A DNA stretch of 64,000 bases, from positions 1,472,001-1,536,000 of the forward strand of contig CAVVUN010000015.1 in NCBI GenBank assembly GCA_963751455.1, in the 5' to 3' direction. Both the position numbers and the translations under genes were made by a program. The notes beneath the pieces were generated by a model, which saw only the letters and a program-made list of their open reading frames with translations, had not been told where the DNA came from and searched no databases. This DNA comes from Nitrospirota bacterium (GTDB taxonomy: Bacteria; Nitrospirota; UBA9217). Positions 28,937 to 36,704 of this stretch are shown here, piece after piece (within the stretch, counting starts at the first letter, position 1; every line of letters starts with the position of its first letter).

Positions 28937-29239
28937 ATGATTCCCTTGTCCTGGTATATAATACTTAGCGCGTCGCTGTTCACCATCGGTATGATCGGTG
29001 TCTTATCCCGGCGCAATGTCTTCATCATCCTGATGTCGATCGAACTTATGTTGAACGCTGCAAATATCAACCTTGTCGCTTTTTCGCACTACCTGCAGTC
29101 GTTCACGGGTCAGATATTCGTGGTTTTTGTCATTACCGTTGCCGCTGCGGAAGCGGCTGTTGCGCTGGCGATTATTATTCTTATTGCGCGGAACCGCGGG
29201 ACAGTGTATGTGGATGAGTTTAATCTCCTGAAGGGCTGA
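28937..29239 (+). CDS. nuoK: NADH-quinone oxidoreductase subunit K
   Basis: [23 protein letters not shown]. Confidence 0.96.
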   Translation: MIPLSWYIILSASLFTIGMIGVLSRRNVFIILMSIELMLNAANINLVAFSHYLQSFTGQIFVVFVITVAAAEAAVALAIIILIARNRGTVYVDEFNLLKG

Positions 29240-29249
29240 TTGTGAAAAG

Positions 29250-29356
29250 CAAACTCGAAATCCTAATGACGAAATTCTAAACAGCACGAATAACAAAAAA
29301 CTTGGTTATTCGGATTTTGGGATTTTCCAGGATTTTGATATTCGAATTTCGGATTT
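29250..29356. repeat. Palindromic heptamer-repeat element (CGAAATY/RATTTCG)
   Basis: CGAAATCCTAATGACGAAATTC ... TTCGGATTTTGGGATTTT..TTCGAATTTCGGATTT between nuoK and nuoL. A similar heptamer array lies at 28843-28912. Confidence 0.65.
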
Positions 29357-29375
29357 ATTTAACCGGGGTGCATAA

Positions 29376-31304
29376 ATGTTAAAATACGCGTTAATACCGA
29401 TATTACCGTTCACGGGATTCCTGATTGCAGGATTGCTCGGCAAGTACCTGAAGGAGAAGTCAGCGTACTTTACGATTGCCGCTGTCATCGGCGCCTTTTT
29501 GCTCTCCTGCAGCGCGCTCATCGACGTGCTGGGCGGGAACATCATCGATGAAAACCTTTATTCCTGGATATCCATCGGGACCTTGTCGGTGAATGTCGGT
29601 TTCCGGATCGACCAGCTCACCGTAGTGATGCTCATGGTCGTTACGACCTTGAGTTCCCTCATCCACATCTATTCCGTAGGGTACATGCACGGCGACAAGG
29701 GCTATTCCCGGTTCTTCGCCTACCTTAATCTCTTCACGTTCTTCATGCTCGTACTCGTGATGGCGAACAACTTCCTGCTCATGTTCGTTGGCTGGGAAGG
29801 GGTCGGCCTCTGCTCGTATCTGCTGATCGGGTTCTGGTATGAAAAGAAATCCGCGTCGGACGCAGGCGTCAAGGCGTTCGTCGTGAACCGGGTCGGCGAT
29901 TTCGGGTTTGTGCTCGGGATGCTGCTCATCTTCGTAACATTCGGAACCCTGCATTTCGGCGATTTGTTCACCGCGCTGACCACGGATGCAGCCAAGCAGA
30001 GCATCTCCCTGCTGGGAGGCGAGATCAGCGTTGTCACCCTGATTGCGCTTCTGCTGTTCCTGGGGGCCACGGGCAAGTCCGCGCAGCTTCCGCTCTACGT
30101 CTGGCTGCCGGACGCCATGGAAGGCCCGACGCCGGTCAGCGCCCTGATCCATGCGGCCACGATGGTGACCGCCGGTGTGTTCATGGTTGCGCGCTGCGCG
30201 CCGCTCTTCGCGCTCTCTGAAACAGCAATGAACACGGTCGCGATCGTGGGCGGCTTGACCGCTGTCTTTGCCGCCACCATCGGGCTCGTGCAGAACGATA
30301 TTAAACGCGTAATCGCCTATTCCACGATCAGTCAGCTCGGGTACATGTTCCTCGGACTCGGGGTAGGGGCGTTCTCCGCGGGTATTTTCCACCTGACCAC
30401 GCACGCGTTTTTCAAGGGCCTCCTGTTCCTCGCGTCAGGCAGCGTGATTCACGCGCTGTCGGGCGAGCAGGACATGCGCAAGATGGGCGGACTCAAATCC
30501 AAGATCAAGATCACCCACGCCGTATTCATCATCGGGTCGCTGGCCCTGGCGGGTATATTCCCCTTTGCCGGATTCTTCAGCAAGGACGAAATCCTCTGGA
30601 GCGCCTATAATGCTTCATCCCTGGGCCGGGCGCTCTGGGTGCTGGGTCTCGCAGGCGCTTTGATGACGGCGTTCTATTCGTTCAGGCTCATCTATCTCAC
30701 GTTCTACGGCAAGTCGCGCGTAGACCATGAGGTTGCGCACCATGTTCACGAATCTCCTGCTGTCATGACTGTGCCGCTGATGATTCTCGCCTTTTTCTCG
30801 GTGGTCATCGGCTGGATCGGCATGCCGGGAGCGATTATCCCTCACGCGAACCTGTTCGGAGATTTTCTCGCGCCCATTTTCCCGCATGCGCAGCACGCCG
30901 GAGAAGAAAGCCACTGGTTTGAGCTCGCGCTCATGGTGGTCTCGGTCGTCGTGGCCCTCGCCGGCATCAGGGGCGCATATGCGTGGTATGTGAAGAACCC
31001 GTCACGGCCCGATGTGTGGGCAGAAAAGTTCAAGGGCGCATACAATCTGCTCTTGAACAAGTACAGGGTCGACGAGGTGTATAATTATATCTTCGTCGAC
31101 GGGCTTGTCCACAAGCTGGCGAAGGTGCTCCATACCGTCGGCGATGTAAAGATGATCGACGGGTTTATCAACGGACTCGCCGAAACGATAGGAAACACCA
31201 GTGAGCGGGGAAGCAGGCTCCAGACCGGTTATGTGCAGCAGTATGCCTTCAGCATGGGTCTCGGTCTTATCGTACTGGTCGGTCTCTATTACGTTTTGAA
31301 TTAA
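29376..31304 (+). CDS. nuoL: NADH-quinone oxidoreductase subunit L
   Basis: GWEGVG, NRVGD, GKSAQ.PL..WLPDAMEGPTPVSALIHAATMV, HAFFK, FFSKD. Confidence 0.97.
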   Translation: MLKYALIPILPFTGFLIAGLLGKYLKEKSAYFTIAAVIGAFLLSCSALIDVLGGNIIDENLYSWISIGTLSVNVGFRIDQLTVVMLMVVTTLSSLIHIYSVGYMHGDKGYSRFFAYLNLFTFFMLVLVMANNFLLMFVGWEGVGLCSYLLIGFWYEKKSASDAGVKAFVVNRVGDFGFVLGMLLIFVTFGTLHFGDLFTALTTDAAKQSISLLGGEISVVTLIALLLFLGATGKSAQLPLYVWLPDAMEGPTPVSALIHAATMVTAGVFMVARCAPLFALSETAMNTVAIVGGLTAVFAATIGLVQNDIKRVIAYSTISQLGYMFLGLGVGAFSAGIFHLTTHAFFKGLLFLASGSVIHALSGEQDMRKMGGLKSKIKITHAVFIIGSLALAGIFPFAGFFSKDEILWSAYNASSLGRALWVLGLAGALMTAFYSFRLIYLTFYGKSRVDHEVAHHVHESPAVMTVPLMILAFFSVVIGWIGMPGAIIPHANLFGDFLAPIFPHAQHAGEESHWFELALMVVSVVVALAGIRGAYAWYVKNPSRPDVWAEKFKGAYNLLLNKYRVDEVYNYIFVDGLVHKLAKVLHTVGDVKMIDGFINGLAETIGNTSERGSRLQTGYVQQYAFSMGLGLIVLVGLYYVLN

Positions 31305-31365
31305 AATACGCAAAGCGCATGGCGCAATGGGTATGGGCAAAAGCGCGGATCTAATATCAAATTTT

Positions 31366-31465
31366 GCCACAGAGCACACTGAGGACACCGAGAAAAGCTT
31401 TGAAAGTTAATAAAATATATTCTGGGTTTTTTGCTTCCTCTGTGTTCTCCGCGACCTCTGTGGCT
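31366..31465. repeat. Palindromic 9-mer (CACAGAG-type) repeat element
   Basis: GCCACAGAGCACACTGAGGACACCGAG ... CTCTGTGTTCTCCGCGACCTCTGTGGC. Confidence 0.7.
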
Positions 31466-31529
31466 AAAAAGCTTTTCCGGCTTGTCCGGTTTAGTCAGTT
31501 TCCATGCAAATCGTTTAAAGGAGTATTCC

Positions 31530-33077
31530 ATGATTGAATTCATCCCGAACCAGCTCGGATATCCGCTGCTGAGTCTTTTAATCTTCGTACCGATAATCGG
31601 CTCGTTCATCCTGCTGTTCGTCAGGAACGCCCCGACGGTCAGGCTGATCGCCATCGCTTTTGCCGTTGTAGACCTCGCGCTCTGCATTCCACTGCTCCTC
31701 GGGTTCGATGGGACAACCGCAAATATGCAGTTCGGCGAGAGCCTTCCGTGGATCGCTGATTGGAGCATCAATTATAAGGTCGGGGTGGACGGGATCAGCG
31801 TCCTGTTCGTGGCGTTGACCGCTCTTTTGACGGTGATCTCCATAATGGTTTCCTGGACCGCTATCCAGGACCGGGTGCGGGAATTCATGGTAGCGGTCCT
31901 GTTCCTCGAAGCGGCGATGATGGGTGTTTTCATGGCGCTTGACCTCTTTCTCTTTTACATTTTCTGGGAGGCGATGCTGATCCCGATGTATCTCCTGATC
32001 GGGGTTTGGGGCGGACCGAACCGGCTGTATGCGGCAATCAAGTTCTTTCTCTATACGCTGGTGGGAAGCGTGCTCATGCTGATCGCGATCATAGCGGTTT
32101 ATATTTCCGCCGGCCACACTTTTGACGTGATTGCGCTTATGAACACCAAATTCGGCCACACGTTCCAGATGTGGGCCTTTGCCGCATTCTTTACCGCCTT
32201 CGCCGTAAAGGTTCCGATGTTCCCGGTCCATACCTGGCTGCCGGATGCGCACGTGGAAGCTCCGACGGCGGGCAGTATCATCCTTGCCGGGATCCTGATC
32301 AAGATGGGGGCCTACGGCTTCCTCAGGTTCTCACTGCCCTTTTTCCCGGATGCCGCGATTGCCTGGACCCCGGCCATCATGGTCCTGTCGGTCATCGCGA
32401 TAATTTATGGCGCATACATGGCGTTTGCGCAGACGGACTTCAAAAAACTGATCGCGTATTCGAGCGTGAGCCACATGGGGTTCGTGACCCTTGGTATTTT
32501 CGCCTTGAACAGCCAGGGGCTGGAGGGCGGAATTCTCCAGATGCTGAACCACGGGGTATCGACCGGCGCATTGTTCCTTGCTGTCGGCGTGATTTACGAG
32601 CGCACGCATACCAGAATGATCGCCGATTACGGCGGGATTGCCGCAAAGGTGCCGATCTACGCGACGTTCCTGCTGGTCATAACGCTGTCGTCCATAGGTC
32701 TTCCTGGAACGAACGGCTTTATCGGGGAGTTTACGATCCTGCTGGGCGCTTTCCTGCACTATAAACCGTACGCCGTAATCGCGTCCCTCGGCATCATTTT
32801 GGGCGCGGGCTATATGCTCTGGCTCTACCAGCGGGTGGCCTTCGGCAAGATAACGAACGAGCATAACGAGCATCTTGCGGACATGAATCTCAGGGAGATT
32901 GCGGCTGCGCTGCCGCTCGTAGTTCTCGTGTTTTTCGTCGGGTTGTATCCTAACGCGGCTTTCGGTGTGATGCATGCGTCCGTATCGAACCTGATCCAGC
33001 ACGTGAATGCCAAAGTCGGGACAGTTGCGCCGGTTGCGACGCAGGTCGCGACAGATGTAGTGAAGATGGTACAGTGA
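31530..33077 (+). CDS. nuoM: NADH-quinone oxidoreductase subunit M
   Basis: FWEAMLIP, KVPMFP.HTWLPDAHVEAP, KMG.YG, AYSSVSHMG, GLPG.NGF.GEF; AAGGAG RBS before ATG 31530. Confidence 0.97.
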   Translation: MIEFIPNQLGYPLLSLLIFVPIIGSFILLFVRNAPTVRLIAIAFAVVDLALCIPLLLGFDGTTANMQFGESLPWIADWSINYKVGVDGISVLFVALTALLTVISIMVSWTAIQDRVREFMVAVLFLEAAMMGVFMALDLFLFYIFWEAMLIPMYLLIGVWGGPNRLYAAIKFFLYTLVGSVLMLIAIIAVYISAGHTFDVIALMNTKFGHTFQMWAFAAFFTAFAVKVPMFPVHTWLPDAHVEAPTAGSIILAGILIKMGAYGFLRFSLPFFPDAAIAWTPAIMVLSVIAIIYGAYMAFAQTDFKKLIAYSSVSHMGFVTLGIFALNSQGLEGGILQMLNHGVSTGALFLAVGVIYERTHTRMIADYGGIAAKVPIYATFLLVITLSSIGLPGTNGFIGEFTILLGAFLHYKPYAVIASLGIILGAGYMLWLYQRVAFGKITNEHNEHLADMNLREIAAALPLVVLVFFVGLYPNAAFGVMHASVSNLIQHVNAKVGTVAPVATQVATDVVKMVQ

Positions 33078-33191
33078 CCATTTTTGTCCGCAGATTTCGC
33101 AGATTTTAGGATTAAATCGCTTTAATCTTTTAACAATCTGCGCAGATCTGTGTAATCTGCGGATATATGTCTTCGAATCTAAGGAGTTTTT

Positions 33192-34646
33192 ATGTCAAGC
33201 ATGTTTACGCAGTTCTTACAATCCATAACGCCGATTTATCCCGAGGTCGTCATGATCACCGTGGCGCTTACGGTGCTCATCTTCGATTTTTTCATTGAAA
33301 AGGACCGGAAAGCGTACCTTGGATGGTACAGCCTGCTCGGCGTGCTGATTGCCGCCTTTGCCACGTACCGCCTGATGGGCTCGAGCGGCGTGTTCTTCGG
33401 CGGTACCTTCCAACTCGACGCGTTTTCAACGTTTTTCAAGTTCGTTTTTTATATTACCTGCGGTCTGGGTATCCTTGTCTCGATCAATTACCTGAAGATA
33501 GAGGACATTCACCGCGGCGAGTACTACGCGCTGATCCTGTTCGCGACAACAGGCATGATGCTGATGGCGTCGGCGGCGGACCTTATTACGCTTTATCTCG
33601 GGTTGGAACTGATGGCGCTCTCGGTCTACATTCTTGCCGGCTTTATGCAGAGCGACAACCGGTCGAACGAGGCCGCTATTAAATATCTCCTGCTCGGCGC
33701 CTTCTCGTCGGGCATCATGATCTACGGCATGTCCTTGCTGTACGGGTTGACCGGCACTACGAACCTCAGCGGCATACTTGCGTTTTTGAAGGGAGCGGAC
33801 ATTACCAATCCGGCGCTTTTCCTTGCGATGATCATGCTCGTGGTCAGTTTCGGTTTCAAGGTCGCGGCAGTCCCGTTCCATATGTGGGTGCCGGACGTAT
33901 ATGAAGGCGCCCCGACGTCGGTCACAGCTTTCATGTCCGCAGGTCCCAAGGTTGCGGGTTTTGCAGTGCTGCTTCGGGTTTTCCTGTACTCGCTGGAGCC
34001 GCTGCATGCGCATTCGACCGCCATTCTCGCGGGTCTTGCCGTTCTTACCATGGCGGTCGGAAATGTCATGGCCCTGTCGCAGATGAACATTAAGCGCATG
34101 CTTGCGTATTCCTCGATCGCACATGCGGGCTACGCACTGGTCGGGCTTGCAGCAGGCGGACCCGAAGGCGCGGCAAGCGTCATGCTTTATGTCTGCATTT
34201 ACGCCCTGATGAACATGGGTGCCTTTGGTGTTGTCATAATGCTGAGAAAAGCGGGGGAGCGCGGCGAAGATATCATGGACTTCGCGGGCCTTGGAAAAAC
34301 GAACAAGACGGCCGCCTTCCTTATGCTCATCTTCATGTTTTCGCTTACAGGCATTCCTCCGACGGCCGGCTTCATCGGGAAGTTCTACATCTTTAAGTCC
34401 GCGGTCGAGGCCGGCTTTACCTGGCTCGCCGTTGTCGGTGTCCTGTTTTCTTCGATCAGCGCCTTTTTCTACCTTCGGGTCATCATGGTTATGTACATGA
34501 AAGAACCGAGGGCTGCGATCGAAATGAGCACGTCGCCGTCCCTGGCCCTTGCTCTTGCAATTTCGGTTACCGCGGTAGTCTACATAGGCATTCTTCCGCA
34601 GGAGCTTCTGAATTACGCGCGGGCTTCGATTGCAGGGCTGATGTAA
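33192..34646 (+). CDS. nuoN: NADH-quinone oxidoreductase subunit N
   Basis: EAAIKY, FK..AVPFHMW.PDVYEGAP, KRMLAYSSIAH.GY, GIPP.AGF.GK. Confidence 0.97.
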   Translation: MSSMFTQFLQSITPIYPEVVMITVALTVLIFDFFIEKDRKAYLGWYSLLGVLIAAFATYRLMGSSGVFFGGTFQLDAFSTFFKFVFYITCGLGILVSINYLKIEDIHRGEYYALILFATTGMMLMASAADLITLYLGLELMALSVYILAGFMQSDNRSNEAAIKYLLLGAFSSGIMIYGMSLLYGLTGTTNLSGILAFLKGADITNPALFLAMIMLVVSFGFKVAAVPFHMWVPDVYEGAPTSVTAFMSAGPKVAGFAVLLRVFLYSLEPLHAHSTAILAGLAVLTMAVGNVMALSQMNIKRMLAYSSIAHAGYALVGLAAGGPEGAASVMLYVCIYALMNMGAFGVVIMLRKAGERGEDIMDFAGLGKTNKTAAFLMLIFMFSLTGIPPTAGFIGKFYIFKSAVEAGFTWLAVVGVLFSSISAFFYLRVIMVMYMKEPRAAIEMSTSPSLALALAISVTAVVYIGILPQELLNYARASIAGLM

Positions 34647-34665
34647 TCATCTTGATACGGTTAAC

Positions 34666-34702
34666 GCCCGACCTTCTGTAACAGGAAGATCGGGCATTTT
34701 TT
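34666..34702 (+). terminator. Intrinsic terminator of the nuo operon
   Basis: GCCCGACCTTCTG-TAA-CAGGAAGATCGGGC followed by ATTTTTT. Confidence 0.7.
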
Positions 34703-34726
34703 TGGCCTTTTGACAGAAAACGGAAT

Positions 34727-35623
34727 ATGAAACGATTCTCTATCAGAATTATCCTGCATGGCTTCCTCTTGACAGGATTGGTATCCTCCGTCTCTGCACA
34801 GGAAGCGGTAGCGAGCACGGGCCTTGACGCGAATTCCGGCATAAAGCAGCCTGTCGTGGAAACCGTGTTTCTCCCGGACCGCGAGCTGTTTAAGCCTCTC
34901 CTCGCTGACCTGAAAGAACCCAGGTTCTATCTGAGCTACCGGAGATATTCTTATCAGTCGGACCGCATAAATGCCGCAGCGGGCGGATATGGTCAAATAA
35001 TAGGATTGTACCGGAACATCGATCACGAACGGGGAAGTGCCTGGCAGGCGAGCTTCGGAGGAGGCATTCATTCTCAGTTCAACCTGGATGCGCGCTCTTT
35101 TGCACTTGTGAACACCGACTATACCATTGGTTTCCCGCTTACCTTTCGGAAGGGACAGGACTCGCTTCGTCTGGCCCTGTATCACCAGAGCTCCCACCTC
35201 GGAGACGAGTTCCTCCTTCAGACAAAAGCTGACCGCATGGAGCTCTCGTACGAGGCCATCAATTGTATAGCATCACGTGAACGGAGCGAATGGCGCGCAT
35301 ATGCAGGCGGAGAATACCTGGTGCATAAAGTCCCCTCGGATTTGAAACCGCTGGGCCTGCAGGCAGGGATCGAATACTACAGTTCCTCTGCTCTCATTGG
35401 AAGGGGACGATTGGTCGGAGGACTGGATTTGAAGACCGACCAGGAACACAATTGGGCGCTGAACGCTTCTGTTAAGGCAGGACTGCAGTACGACAGCACT
35501 GAATCCAACGGCAATTACGTTCGGGTTCTCCTGGAAGGGTACAATGGTTATGCGCCGCACGGTCAGTTTTATACCTCGCGGCTCGGTTTTTACGGTTTGG
35601 GTGTAGCTCTCGGCTTCGATTAA
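34727..35623 (+). CDS. DUF1207-like exported/outer-membrane protein
   Basis: Signal peptide; LFKPLLAD.KEP, LVNTDY, YHQSSHLGDEF, GQFY; ends in GFD. Confidence 0.7.
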   Translation: MKRFSIRIILHGFLLTGLVSSVSAQEAVASTGLDANSGIKQPVVETVFLPDRELFKPLLADLKEPRFYLSYRRYSYQSDRINAAAGGYGQIIGLYRNIDHERGSAWQASFGGGIHSQFNLDARSFALVNTDYTIGFPLTFRKGQDSLRLALYHQSSHLGDEFLLQTKADRMELSYEAINCIASRERSEWRAYAGGEYLVHKVPSDLKPLGLQAGIEYYSSSALIGRGRLVGGLDLKTDQEHNWALNASVKAGLQYDSTESNGNYVRVLLEGYNGYAPHGQFYTSRLGFYGLGVALGFD

Positions 35624-35900
35624 ATTGTTGCTGAAAATTCGGGAGGAAGTTCAAGATCCTTTTCTTTTTTCTGCACCGCCGTTCTCATCGCCGCGCAGAC
35701 ATGCCATAGTGTCTTCTTTTTTACTTCTCAACACAGCAGTCCATTGCGCTGAGCTTCGCACGCGCATGCACGATTTGTGGTTTACCGGCTCGCGTCCCGG
35801 TCATGTAAAGCGCGGACGCTGCTCACGGGATGCAGGGGGTTCTGGAAAAGCAACAGCATTTAAGCTATCGCAATCCGCGATGATTTGATATACTTTCCTC

Positions 35901-36605
35901 ATGAGAAAAGAAGCCGGCGGATACATATTAAAAGAATATGGTTCCTGGAGCGTGCTGATTATCGCGTTCATGACGGGTCTTGCGGTCAGCCGCGCAGCGT
36001 TGACCTGGAAGGTTGTTCCGCTATTTCTTGCCCTCGGCCTGCTTATCAACTCAAAGCAGGCGTTCACGAAATGGCTGCGTAAAAGAGACGACAGGCAAGC
36101 GCTTCTCTTTTTCCTGGGCCATATTGCCGCCGCGACCGTCCTTCTTCTTGCAATATTCGGGGGCGATATTCCGCTGCTGCTCCCGCTTCTGATTTTTCCT
36201 GCTGCTTATCTCCTCTCGAACAGACTTGCCGGAGAGCACAATTTGCTGACCGAGGTGCTGGGTTTCATCCTTATCAGCCTGGCTGCCGTACTTGCCAAGT
36301 TTGCGCTTACAGGCGGCATCGATGTCCGCCTTTTTGTCGCTGTGGCTGTCTATTTCTCGGCAGGCGTATTCAAAGTAAAGGCGCTTCTTCGCAAAAGACT
36401 GCAAGACCGCATACTGACGGCCTTATACGTATTTTTTGCGGTTTATGCATATCGCGGCTTTCATGTTTCTCTCATCATTCTTTTACCCCTCATCGACAAC
36501 CTCGTTGTAGCCGCTGCTCTGTACCGCGTGAAACTCAAAACCACAGGCTGGATAGAAGTCGCGAAAAGCGTGCTTTTCCTCGGCCTCATGGCAGCGTATT
36601 ATTAA
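35901..36605 (+). CDS. YwiC-like membrane protein
   Basis: N-terminal KEYGSW (P.EHG.W-like), multiple TM segments, FKVK, late K.TGW.E. Confidence 0.7.
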   Translation: MRKEAGGYILKEYGSWSVLIIAFMTGLAVSRAALTWKVVPLFLALGLLINSKQAFTKWLRKRDDRQALLFFLGHIAAATVLLLAIFGGDIPLLLPLLIFPAAYLLSNRLAGEHNLLTEVLGFILISLAAVLAKFALTGGIDVRLFVAVAVYFSAGVFKVKALLRKRLQDRILTALYVFFAVYAYRGFHVSLIILLPLIDNLVVAAALYRVKLKTTGWIEVAKSVLFLGLMAAYY

Positions 36606-36704
36606 ATTCTCACTCGGTTCATTGAGCCTACAGTCCGCCTACATATTGCCCTTCAATGAATCATCATTGACAATAAAGCGTGACTTAATGCATACTGTAT
36701 CAGC

